From: a virus
Taxonomy: Duplodnaviria; Caudoviricetes
Length of the DNA stretch: 64,000 nucleotides
Direction: 5' to 3' (one strand)
IMG/VR virus record: IMGVR_UViG_3300020576_004053
Coordinates: 79,152-143,151 of that record
Part shown: positions 1 to 9,442 of the stretch, piece after piece
How the letters are laid out: each line of letters opens with the position of its first letter
Numbering within the stretch: the first letter of the stretch is position 1
Position numbers and translations under genes: made by a program
Notes under the pieces: generated by a model
The model's input: the letters and a program-made list of their open reading frames with translations, nothing else
What the model was told of the DNA's origin: nothing
The model's database searches: none

Positions 1-325
1 TGGTTTGTCCTGCCGTAAGAATGATCGACGGAAATCCGATTGAGATAATAGGAATTTCCTTGGTACCACGTGGCAGTGTGACTAGCTTGTATCGCAAAAC
101 TTGAGTTTCATCTGGTGAGGCTTCTACTAATGGCATATTTTCAATAATACTGCCGTAGAATGCACTGCCCAATGGATGATCGGTGCGCCACAACGTGTAA
201 TCAATTTCGTCGTCACCGACCGCAAACTGTGTAATGTTTAGACCGGCACCTTTAGCCAATAGCTCTCGACCCTTTTTGGTCAAGATCGCATCGACTGTGA
301 TTGTACTGTTTGAAAGATATCCCAT
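1..325 (-). CDS. Conserved phage virion-module protein (partial, runs off window start)
   Basis: Hand translation from ATG at 325: MGYLSNSTITVDAILTKKGRELLAKG...FAVGDDEIDY, open to position 1. Not in the ORF track. Late-promoter-like CTATTTAT at ~361-368. Confidence 0.75.
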   Translation of the reverse strand, partial: MGYLSNSTITVDAILTKKGRELLAKGAGLNITQFAVGDDEIDYTLWRTDHPLGSAFYGSIIENMPLVEASPDETQVLRYKLVTLPRGTKEIPIISIGFPSIILTAGQT

Positions 326-379
326 GTGTGTTTACCTATTGCATAGTGTCAGCATAACCATAAATAGCTTGCTTTGTTA

Positions 380-1006
380 TTATTGAACATGCTTCCATGA
401 TCGTCCATTTAATATAGCAGAAATCGTCGAAATACAGATCTTTACACCAGTTTTAGAAACCTCATCGGCTATACACTTTACCGCCACCCCTCTCAATCGC
501 ATATCTTTAATACGTTTAACCAAATCTACGGTCAATTTGGAATTTGATGCGGCGTCTCCACACTTAATTCTCTGTAGTTTTCTAGCACATTGTATTTTCA
601 GTTTAGCGGATTCGGTGTGAGTTTTTCCATAAAAATGGTTATTACTCCCGGCATGGGTTTCAGACATACGTTTTTTGGTAGTGTCTGAAAATTTCAACCC
701 AAATGTAGGAGATTTAACATTCACAGAAACATTATAACATTCAGAAGATCCAACCCATGAAATTAAAATTTCATGTTCTATATTAAGCATATCTACTCGA
801 TTTACACATTCCTTTATAATAGTAAATACAAATGCCGATGGACCATATAAATTCCACGCAGACTGTAAATGTGGTGTATGATGTATATTTCTGTTCAATC
901 TAGATTTATGCACAGCCCATCTACGATTTATATCGACCGACGATCCTATATAAAATTTATTATTATGCACATTTTCTATAACATATATTCCCATCAATTT
1001 TGCCAT
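380..1006 (-). CDS. GIY-YIG homing endonuclease with NUMOD3-type repeats
   Basis: GIYVIEN...FYIGSS...RRW.H motif; NHFYGKTHTESAK DNA-binding repeat; AT-rich relative to neighbours. Confidence 0.9.
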   Translation of the reverse strand: MAKLMGIYVIENVHNNKFYIGSSVDINRRWAVHKSRLNRNIHHTPHLQSAWNLYGPSAFVFTIIKECVNRVDMLNIEHEILISWVGSSECYNVSVNVKSPTFGLKFSDTTKKRMSETHAGSNNHFYGKTHTESAKLKIQCARKLQRIKCGDAASNSKLTVDLVKRIKDMRLRGVAVKCIADEVSKTGVKICISTISAILNGRSWKHVQ

Positions 1007-1010
1007 ACTA

Positions 1011-4000
1011 TTATTCTACCGAGAGAATTGGACCTGAATTGTTGTTGACCGGTTGAATTGGAGCACCGGGATCATTTACCACCAAAATATCACCCGCAGA
1101 CGGTAATATCTCAACCACGGGATTGCCATCCGGAGTAGTATCATCAGTTTGTTTACAGCCTAGCCACTGGTGACGAATAATGCCAAGTCGATAATCGCGT
1201 GTAAATTTATAGTGCGTGGGAAGATACCCGACCACACCTGTATACGCAGATCCCGTCGACACTATTGATACCGTGCCACCAATGGTTACTACCTTCTTAA
1301 TTACCTGCCGCTCTTCTGTTACATATTGCATACTCTTCCAATTATCGGTGTCATATGCAGGAGAAATCAAACTGGTAAATACCGACGCGTTTGTAGTGCA
1401 CACCCATTCGATAATGTTACCATTCGTATTAGCCGCCAGCACATAATCATCGCGTGAATATGCCGATCCAGTTGCCCACGTCCCTCTATCAGTAAGACTA
1501 GATTCTTTACGTCGTACTTGTACATATGCCGTTTGCGCAATATGTCCTCTTGGATGCGTAAAATACGTATACGCCTCAATGTTATCAAAATTAGTTGAGG
1601 GGTAAATCATATTCGTCAATGCAGTACCGGTTGGTAATGCCTGTAGTGCTAATTCTTTCGCATGATCTAGAATATCACCAATGCTCACTGCATTTAAATT
1701 CTGGCTTGCTAGTAATGCGTTTTTATACTGAGTATATTGATTACCAGTAAGCTGACTCGTAGCCGTGACATTGAACCGTTCTAATAACGCTTGGCGGATT
1801 GCAATTTTATTGGTGAAATCATTGAATATTGCAATATTAGATGACGGTAACACTACATCCTGTAGCTCCAACGCAGGAGATGCATATTGATTATACGTCA
1901 TAACCGGTTGTAATACATCACTCGTATCTAACGTAGATCGGTAATTAGTATACGACGCTATTGGTAATAATACATCAGAGGTATCAATGATAGTCGTCTT
2001 ATCAGCATATGTTGCCACGGGCGCAATAATCTCAGATGTATCTAAGATGCCGGTCTGCTGATTAAATGACCCCAACGGCTCTACCATATCCCGAATTACG
2101 GCAGAATCTAAGTTCACACTCTGATTTATATACTTTCCATATCGTCCAGCGTACATCTTCATTGGACGTAATGGTGCCTTCGACCGTTCTAAAATATGCG
2201 GTTCATGTACAATGCCACCCAACAGTTTAGCCCGAACAGGTAACAATTTACGTGCTTGTTTAAACAGTGGATCTAATAGATTCTTAACAAAGTCAATGAA
2301 GCTCGTAGTGTTATACGAGTATGCATACGATGTCCAGTAGATATCAGACAGCGCAAACAAATCGGCATACTGGGACGTGAATTGATCAGCCGGATCACCA
2401 ATGAGATTTTGTAAATCGATATTACCAATGGATCGAATGATATTATCATTAATCGCATCGGTTAGTGAGAAATAAAACCCTACCGTATTGATTGCCTTCG
2501 GACGATTATCTTTATCTCGTAAGCTGACAATACTTTGCTTACGACTTAACACCGGTACTTGCGCAGACGAACTTGCAAACGTCATGTACTTCAATACAGG
2601 CGGATCAGCAATCACCACCTTGTTAGTTGTAAACTGCGAACCACCGGCATTAGGTGCAAATCGCTGCACTTCTCTAGTATTAACCGTCATATTATACGGG
2701 AATGCCGATACTGCTGCGAATCCAACTACCGGAATTGTTTGTACGATAGCTATTGGATTCGTTGTAATATAAGGAGTTTCATTTGGTAGTGACGATGTAA
2801 CCGCTAAATTTGACGGAGTATTGAACGATAATCGCGTATACAAATAATCTCGCGCAGATGTCGACGTATTTCCATTATACATACCCGCATATCTAACGTG
2901 TAGATCGAATGTAGCAGAGGTAATCAATTCACCCCACGCTCGCACCTCATCAATCTGACCGGACCAATCAGTGTATCCAAAAAATGATCCACTGCCACCA
3001 AGATATACAGTAGACGGGGTAGACCACTGAATAGCACCGGATGCCGCCATCGTAACCGATTCATCGATCAAATCGTCTTGGTATGCCTTCTTAACGGCTA
3101 ATGTGACACCAGTTGCATCATTACGAAGCATTGCCGTGTAAAAATCACCGCTGAACATCTCTAAGTATGAACTGGATACGACCGTAGCGTTTGACGAATT
3201 CTTAAGTTCTATACGCGCAAATGATCCGGTTAATGGAGTCATTACCACCGCCCATCTATTATTATGGGCGTTCAACAATACACTAGACGACGTTTGCGTT
3301 GTAGCAAATCGTACCTCTAATGTTTGCGGTGTCATAGAGCCAGTATACCACGGTACCGCTACATATGATCCGGTATTGAATACTAATGAATTGGTCTGTT
3401 CTTCAAAAATTTCATATGAGCCGGTTAGATATGAAAAACCGGGAGTAGTGGCTTCACGAATCTGTAGCGTAGTCGGTAAAATGCCATATACATTACTCAA
3501 TCCTCGTAACGCAGCTTTCGTACCCTTAGCCTTCATTAAGAAGATGTGATTATGTAAAAATCGCTTCCAAGTTTCCGTTGCCGCTTCTCTATATACGGTA
3601 GGACTTACTACACCCACTTCACCAATCGTGTAGTCTACCAGATTCTTGATTGCATACTGATTTGGAAGATCCACACCAAAAGAATCTGCCACATTCCATA
3701 CCACATCTTGTGACATACCCTCTGTAGCACTATTGGATCGATCATACATCAAACTCATCTGCTTAATGTATTGCTTAACTAAATCTACTTGATGTCCAAC
3801 CATGTCCATGAATTTCAAGAACTCGGTTGAATTGCTGTCTTCACGCAAGTATTCAGGGAGATTATTCGCCAATCGATCCTGATTATATCGATCATATTCC
3901 CGTGCAATGGCCACCTGATCGGCAAACCATGATGCGGCAGATGCAACCGTTACATTTGTAGTACCAGTCTTCGGCCACGTCGCATCGGCATTATAGTACA

Positions 4001-5465
4001 ACAAATCTTGATAATCGTTGGTGGTCAACGACGATGAATACGGGGTATCGGACGAATAATACAGGAATCGTTCATACCCATCAAATGATCGTAAGGTATC
4101 TAATCGCTGCGCTGCAATATTTTCTAGCGCAGTATATACGTTCGATCCCGTGATATGGGCAGATCCCGTTCCTGCTAATGATGCGGAATGTAATACGAGA
4201 ATATCAGTTAGATTCTCAATAGTTGACATCTTTTGACGGAACGCATTCAATCGCTCTTCTGCAGAACTGAAGAACACAAAGTTGCGATAATCTGAATAGT
4301 CAACATTCAACTCTGATGAATTTACATCAAAGGTAAACCATTCTTCCAATACAGGATCAGACGGCATTATAATATCAAACAAACTAGATGAAAATAGGTT
4401 TTCACTAGTTACATTGGATATGCTATGGCCGGATCGACCTGTTACATCAATGTTTTTATTTGGTGGACGCAAATACAATAACGTGGGTGCATCTGGAATA
4501 AATACAGTATGTACCCGATCAATAACAGTCGGTGTTATTTCTCTGGATATCCACAATGTTTTCTTTTCAACTACATCTTCTGGTAGCGGACGATACAATT
4601 TTGCTAACACAGTAGCATTCGTTGCATCAGCCGGATCATATTTCCAATTGGTAATCACTGCCTGATAGTCATTACCAAAATTCAACATCGTTTTTAACGC
4701 ACGATCTTCGTCATAGAACGATGCAACCTTTGACCCAATTTTATTTCGCAAATCTGCAATGATGCTATTCTTTGCTGGAATAGGAATGGGTACGCAAAAT
4801 AACGACGTTGGAATTGATTCGGTGCGACCTTCTAGTAATGTTTTAGCAGGAAATACATTTACACGAACATTGATAGTCGCATCTTGATTTGCCGGTAATG
4901 CCCGCACACGAATATTGATCGTGATGTTAGAATTGGTGACCGGAGGAGTTGTAGGGGTTGGTGGAATCGGCGCAGTTGGATCAATTGGCGGATGTACCAA
5001 CACAACCGGTTCATTTGTTCTATGACCGAATGGAATACATTTAAATCCACGTCCGTCTACCCCATCACCAAATGGATACATCCCGTTCGGCGTATATACA
5101 CCCCACTCGGTAGCCAAAAACACCCCAACAAATTCTGGACCGTCTGTGATATCAAAATCACGAATACTTGGCTGTAATAACAACGTCATCGTATCCTTTG
5201 CAGCCGGATCGACTAGATAAATAAACCCGTTTCCGCCCAAGAATGGCACACCATTTTTTGGATCACCACTGCTACCAATATTACCATATGCAGAATCTAA
5301 CGCCAACGATTGCATCAATGCCACCCGTTCTGGTGTCAATTGAATAAAACGTGCCGCTAACGCAGGATCACTTTTCGCGAAATTAAACAACAGATCGCGA
5401 GTAGACTGCGGTAAATTTACGTAATCGGGATATCCGGAAACTTGAGAAGGAACTAGCGTGGCCAT
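1011..5465 (-). CDS. Large virion structural protein (baseplate/tail), LamG-like central domain
   Basis: 1484 aa; MKAKGTKAALR..L motif of baseplate wedge/tail proteins; SGQIDEVRAW LamG-like motif; in baseplate cluster. Confidence 0.65.
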   Translation of the reverse strand: MATLVPSQVSGYPDYVNLPQSTRDLLFNFAKSDPALAARFIQLTPERVALMQSLALDSAYGNIGSSGDPKNGVPFLGGNGFIYLVDPAAKDTMTLLLQPSIRDFDITDGPEFVGVFLATEWGVYTPNGMYPFGDGVDGRGFKCIPFGHRTNEPVVLVHPPIDPTAPIPPTPTTPPVTNSNITINIRVRALPANQDATINVRVNVFPAKTLLEGRTESIPTSLFCVPIPIPAKNSIIADLRNKIGSKVASFYDEDRALKTMLNFGNDYQAVITNWKYDPADATNATVLAKLYRPLPEDVVEKKTLWISREITPTVIDRVHTVFIPDAPTLLYLRPPNKNIDVTGRSGHSISNVTSENLFSSSLFDIIMPSDPVLEEWFTFDVNSSELNVDYSDYRNFVFFSSAEERLNAFRQKMSTIENLTDILVLHSASLAGTGSAHITGSNVYTALENIAAQRLDTLRSFDGYERFLYYSSDTPYSSSLTTNDYQDLLYYNADATWPKTGTTNVTVASAASWFADQVAIAREYDRYNQDRLANNLPEYLREDSNSTEFLKFMDMVGHQVDLVKQYIKQMSLMYDRSNSATEGMSQDVVWNVADSFGVDLPNQYAIKNLVDYTIGEVGVVSPTVYREAATETWKRFLHNHIFLMKAKGTKAALRGLSNVYGILPTTLQIREATTPGFSYLTGSYEIFEEQTNSLVFNTGSYVAVPWYTGSMTPQTLEVRFATTQTSSSVLLNAHNNRWAVVMTPLTGSFARIELKNSSNATVVSSSYLEMFSGDFYTAMLRNDATGVTLAVKKAYQDDLIDESVTMAASGAIQWSTPSTVYLGGSGSFFGYTDWSGQIDEVRAWGELITSATFDLHVRYAGMYNGNTSTSARDYLYTRLSFNTPSNLAVTSSLPNETPYITTNPIAIVQTIPVVGFAAVSAFPYNMTVNTREVQRFAPNAGGSQFTTNKVVIADPPVLKYMTFASSSAQVPVLSRKQSIVSLRDKDNRPKAINTVGFYFSLTDAINDNIIRSIGNIDLQNLIGDPADQFTSQYADLFALSDIYWTSYAYSYNTTSFIDFVKNLLDPLFKQARKLLPVRAKLLGGIVHEPHILERSKAPLRPMKMYAGRYGKYINQSVNLDSAVIRDMVEPLGSFNQQTGILDTSEIIAPVATYADKTTIIDTSDVLLPIASYTNYRSTLDTSDVLQPVMTYNQYASPALELQDVVLPSSNIAIFNDFTNKIAIRQALLERFNVTATSQLTGNQYTQYKNALLASQNLNAVSIGDILDHAKELALQALPTGTALTNMIYPSTNFDNIEAYTYFTHPRGHIAQTAYVQVRRKESSLTDRGTWATGSAYSRDDYVLAANTNGNIIEWVCTTNASVFTSLISPAYDTDNWKSMQYVTEERQVIKKVVTIGGTVSIVSTGSAYTGVVGYLPTHYKFTRDYRLGIIRHQWLGCKQTDDTTPDGNPVVEILPSAGDILVVNDPGAPIQPVNNNSGPILSVE

Positions 5466-5992
5466 TCGGTTTCTTCAGAAATGTTTTTAACGCGAATTTT
5501 TATCACAATGTTATCAGGCACAAACGACCAGTGAGTATGAGATTCGGTAGGTGGGCGCTCTGTGGGTGGTACGGTAGGACGTTCATTTTGAGTAGATACA
5601 TACACCGGACCATTCACCCCAAGCACCTTCCCAGTAAAGAATATCACATCCTGCACTTGTAATTTTCGTGCAATGATGAGGTTCTTAATGCCACCATTGT
5701 TCACTGAACAGGTATACTGTACGGTTTGTTGTGGAGCAATGACAATTTTTGATGGCATGTTTGTCTGTAAATACGATGGAATACTCGGCACCAATTCAAT
5801 ACTATGTTGAATAGCATTATTCTTGATAGCGATGCCATAGGTAGCAGTATATGGAGTGCCAATGACATACGTAATATCAAACCGTTGTGCGCTCGTAGTC
5901 ATCGTATATACATCGGTAAATTTTGATGCGCGAAAGGATCGTTCTGGATCTCGCCATGGAATCAATACGGCTCGTGACGGTTCAAGTGCCAT
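5453..5992 (-). CDS. Hypothetical structural-module protein
   Basis: 179 aa ORF coupled to both neighbours. Confidence 0.7.
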   Translation of the reverse strand: MALEPSRAVLIPWRDPERSFRASKFTDVYTMTTSAQRFDITYVIGTPYTATYGIAIKNNAIQHSIELVPSIPSYLQTNMPSKIVIAPQQTVQYTCSVNNGGIKNLIIARKLQVQDVIFFTGKVLGVNGPVYVSTQNERPTVPPTERPPTESHTHWSFVPDNIVIKIRVKNISEETEWPR

Positions 5993-5994
5993 GA

Positions 5995-7353
5995 TTATAC
6001 GCTAACCGATGGAGAATTTAATGTTACTACTGCCGTAATAGAGTTGAGTCCTTCTTGAAATTTATCAACTTCCACCACATCAAAACTTACCACCACCGAT
6101 TTAGTAGTACCCGCCTTCAGTGCAAATGTCTGCGGAGTAAATACCACACCCGCAACAGTTTTAATGGCAACCGTAGCGTCTACTGTTGATGATACATTTT
6201 TGAACAACAGCGTTTCCGGTTGAATTTGCATCATAGTAGACTTGTAATACTCACGCTCAATCAATCGCGACGATACTTGAACAACATTATTGAGGTTGAC
6301 CGGTGGCAGTGGTTGCGTCGGCGTCGTCGGAGTTGTAGGCGTAGTCGGAGTTGTAGGCGTCGTTGGTACCGTTGGTGTCGTTGGTACTGTCGGCGTCGTT
6401 GGATCGGGTGGACGGGGGATCTGGGGCGGCTGTGGCTGTGTCGGTGTTGGAGCCGCTGGTGGCATCTGAAACACGTCTACTGGTAAATCGCGCAATACTA
6501 CGCCAGATGGTGAAAATTCGTTCAATCCACCAGTCAACGTACCATTGATATATTGCGCCACTACGTTTGGATAGTTCACGCCATCTACCCATACTACTCC
6601 ACCCGACGTGGTACGAATAATTGTAGGAGTGATACCCGTCAATTTTTGCCACTGTGCCACGGTACCATTAGGATTGTCGGTATTCTGCAGAATTTCAGCA
6701 TCCGTAAACACATACGAATTCGACAATCTAGGCAAATACTGTACGGATGGAACTTTAATGCGAGGATTGGTTTGTACTGGTAGTGGAGTAGTTGCCCCAT
6801 TAGTCGACCCACCAGTATTACCGGGAGGTGTAGATGGTGTAGGCATATTCACTACCACCGGCACATCCTGTTGGTATACGTCGTTCGGCAATTGTCGTAG
6901 AAACACCCCTGCAGGAGCCGATTCGGACAATCCACCGGTATATTCACCGCTAATGTATTTTGCAATAACGTCGGGCCACTGTGGCAATACCCACACCGCG
7001 CCGCCAGAGGTTGTACGAATCAACACCGCATTTGGTGGTACATTACTTTGTGTGGCAATTTGACGCAACTCATCATCAGAATATACGTATGCATTCGGTG
7101 CACGTGGTATAAACGGCACATCCGGTAGCAAAATTAAATTAGCTTGCGGATTATCCGGCAATAGACGAAGAAACACACCTCCCGGTGCTGCCTCTTCACC
7201 CGTTAACTGACCGCTCTGATACAGAGCAATAACATCCGGTCGAGTTGAAGATACCCAAACTGCCCCACCAGAAGTCGTACGAATCAGCACATAATCTGGT
7301 GGTATGTTATTTTGTTGGGCGACTTGTTGTAAATATGCGTCAGTGTATGCCAT
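5995..7353 (-). CDS. Repeat protein: 3 copies of a ~60-aa IRTTSGGxVWV domain, Pro/Thr linker, Ig-like C-terminus
   Basis: Repeats visible in the translation; PTTPT linker. Confidence 0.75.
   Translation of the reverse strand: MAYTDAYLQQVAQQNNIPPDYVLIRTTSGGAVWVSSTRPDVIALYQSGQLTGEEAAPGGVFLRLLPDNPQANLILLPDVPFIPRAPNAYVYSDDELRQIATQSNVPPNAVLIRTTSGGAVWVLPQWPDVIAKYISGEYTGGLSESAPAGVFLRQLPNDVYQQDVPVVVNMPTPSTPPGNTGGSTNGATTPLPVQTNPRIKVPSVQYLPRLSNSYVFTDAEILQNTDNPNGTVAQWQKLTGITPTIIRTTSGGVVWVDGVNYPNVVAQYINGTLTGGLNEFSPSGVVLRDLPVDVFQMPPAAPTPTQPQPPQIPRPPDPTTPTVPTTPTVPTTPTTPTTPTTPTTPTQPLPPVNLNNVVQVSSRLIEREYYKSTMMQIQPETLLFKNVSSTVDATVAIKTVAGVVFTPQTFALKAGTTKSVVVSFDVVEVDKFQEGLNSITAVVTLNSPSVSV
6305..6460 (-). repeat. 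Coding Pro/Thr tandem repeat (PTT/PTV)n
   Basis: 9-nt periodic repeats such as gtcggagttgtaggc and cgttggtac. Confidence 0.8.
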
Positions 7354-8180
7354 TATATTAGTTCAAAATGAGGGTCAATTTCACCAGCCGTTGTCATCTC
7401 AGCAATAATTTCTGTCAATGCGGCAATGACATAATTCTCTATTTCCGGTTGCTGAACATACAAATTCAACGTATCATCTGCCATTTTATCCAAAGCTCTA
7501 GCATATGCCCGATCAACCAGTATATTATAAATAGATTGCAATTCTACTTCTCTATCGGCATATCGCACTTTAGACATGGTAGGTTCGATGTGACGATCTA
7601 ATTGTGTACGAAATGCCGACCACGTTAAAATTTCATCCGGCTCAGCATCCAGCGATTTATTGAAGGTCTGAGACAGTAATGCATTGGCATAAAATTTGGG
7701 TACAGACGGGGTTACAAATTCATAGATATCTTTGATAACCTGACCAGTTGCCTTAACCGGTCGAATTCTAACTTCCAGCCGATCCGTAGAAATATCCGAA
7801 ATATACAGCTTGTACCCATCTTCAGACCCAACCTCATCTCTGAAGAAGTTTGCAACAATGGCATATCGCCCCGGTTGAATAGCCATCCGATTTAAGATGT
7901 CTACCATGTCCAAATTCAACAGTTCCTGTGGTCCCGGTTGATCAATGTAGGTAGTTAGACTGAGTGCGGGATCGGTAGGAGCTAAATTCATATGCCCAGA
8001 AATAGTACCATCACCGTTGTATATCCAGATTTCTACAATATCATTACCCGTGGTACCAAATAATACTTGCTTGGTACCAACTTGCATAATATTCAAGTCC
8101 AGTTTCGATAATCGCTCTGGACGTTGAAAATGCGTACTGATCAGTTTGTCTGGAAAATTAAGCTGGTTCGGCATTATCAC
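7353..8180 (-). CDS. Hypothetical virion protein
   Basis: 275 aa, coupled within structural operon. Confidence 0.7.
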   Translation of the reverse strand: MIMPNQLNFPDKLISTHFQRPERLSKLDLNIMQVGTKQVLFGTTGNDIVEIWIYNGDGTISGHMNLAPTDPALSLTTYIDQPGPQELLNLDMVDILNRMAIQPGRYAIVANFFRDEVGSEDGYKLYISDISTDRLEVRIRPVKATGQVIKDIYEFVTPSVPKFYANALLSQTFNKSLDAEPDEILTWSAFRTQLDRHIEPTMSKVRYADREVELQSIYNILVDRAYARALDKMADDTLNLYVQQPEIENYVIAALTEIIAEMTTAGEIDPHFELI

Positions 8181-8484
8181 TCACCCCAAAGGATCGAAAT
8201 TCCGTGTCAATCACACGCAAAAAATCTGATCGATTAATGACCCGAGCCGTGGTGGCAATCGGAAACACCAATTCACTTTTGGCGTTCAAATCTACCAACA
8301 AATAGTCTCCCAAATCTCGCGTGACGACAGGAACTGAATATACCTGTGGAGTAGCAGACATTGGATCAAATCGATCATCCGGATCAAATTTGATAGAATC
8401 TTCTAAATACGCATCTGTAAATACTTCCGTTGGATGACGGATTTGTGAAACGGCATCTAACGGTAGACCTTCAAAATTAGCCAT
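8158..8484 (-). CDS. Hypothetical protein
   Basis: 108 aa, coupled. Confidence 0.65.
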   Translation of the reverse strand: MANFEGLPLDAVSQIRHPTEVFTDAYLEDSIKFDPDDRFDPMSATPQVYSVPVVTRDLGDYLLVDLNAKSELVFPIATTARVINRSDFLRVIDTEFRSFGVSDNAEPA

Positions 8485-8485
8485 A

Positions 8486-9442
8486 TTACTTCACCGAGAA
8501 AATGAAGTTGTTGTCAATAACTCGTTCATTACCCGACTCAACAATTTTAAATGCTAACCGATAAAATCTACGAGGACTCATATTATCAAGTCTGAATTGG
8601 CAATATGACCCAGACGGTCCTTGATGAATCGCTGTATATGGACTGAACGGAATAACGGCAAATCCAGTAGCATCATCGATAACACTGAAATATGACGATG
8701 ATGGTAGATATAGGTTATTGGCAAATGGATTTAGGTAATTTGCAAATGTTTTTAACGGATATTTTTCTCGTACCGTTAAATCTACCGTGACCAATTCATT
8801 TTGACTATACGTCGTTTGTAATGAATGTGGAAACACATGCAACGTTTTATTCAAGCTGGATGACAGTGATCCCGTCGCATAGACTTGATCGGTCCATCGC
8901 ACTTCTAATATCGGCGCATAGATGGTATGGGTATTCTTAGAGAACACCTTAATGATGCCCTTGTTGTTGATATCCGACTCACTGGCCGATGGGAATTGTA
9001 ATAGTAGCCCAGACGCTGAACCGGTCATAACTAAACTAGTCACATCAAGCTGCAGATCTGTCCATGGTTCAGGTGTCGTGAATGACGACGTTGGGCTAAA
9101 TGAGGCCGATAAATCCGTCCACACTACTCCATTAGGGAGTTGATACAAGTCCTGATAGAAATACCCCGTACCTTCAGTCCACGAGCCGGTATACGCACAC
9201 ACCTCTATCTGCTGATCTAATTGGATGCGCTGTGCCAATGCGGTTTGTAAACGAAGGATGCACTCACCCCCGCTCGCTATCAATGATCGGACAGTTGCAA
9301 AATCAAACGCAATTATACTACGAATTGAATCTGCGCCATCTTCAGCCTTTCCGATTTCTAATATTTCATCGATGCCCGTATTTCGCGTTGGAAATTCACT
9401 GTATACGGATGCATCTTTTGTTGGAAGAAATTGACGAATCAT
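8486..9442 (-). CDS. Virion protein, DNRLRE-like beta domain
   Basis: N-terminal KDASVYSE..RNTGIDEILEI; RSIIAFD; APILEVRW. Confidence 0.55.
   Translation of the reverse strand: MIRQFLPTKDASVYSEFPTRNTGIDEILEIGKAEDGADSIRSIIAFDFATVRSLIASGGECILRLQTALAQRIQLDQQIEVCAYTGSWTEGTGYFYQDLYQLPNGVVWTDLSASFSPTSSFTTPEPWTDLQLDVTSLVMTGSASGLLLQFPSASESDINNKGIIKVFSKNTHTIYAPILEVRWTDQVYATGSLSSSLNKTLHVFPHSLQTTYSQNELVTVDLTVREKYPLKTFANYLNPFANNLYLPSSSYFSVIDDATGFAVIPFSPYTAIHQGPSGSYCQFRLDNMSPRRFYRLAFKIVESGNERVIDNNFIFSVK

Noticed and set aside
6305-6460. CRISPR array or non-coding tandem repeat
   Set aside because: Degenerate 9-nt coding repeat for Pro-Thr-Thr with no spacers. No CRISPR array or cas gene was seen in the window.
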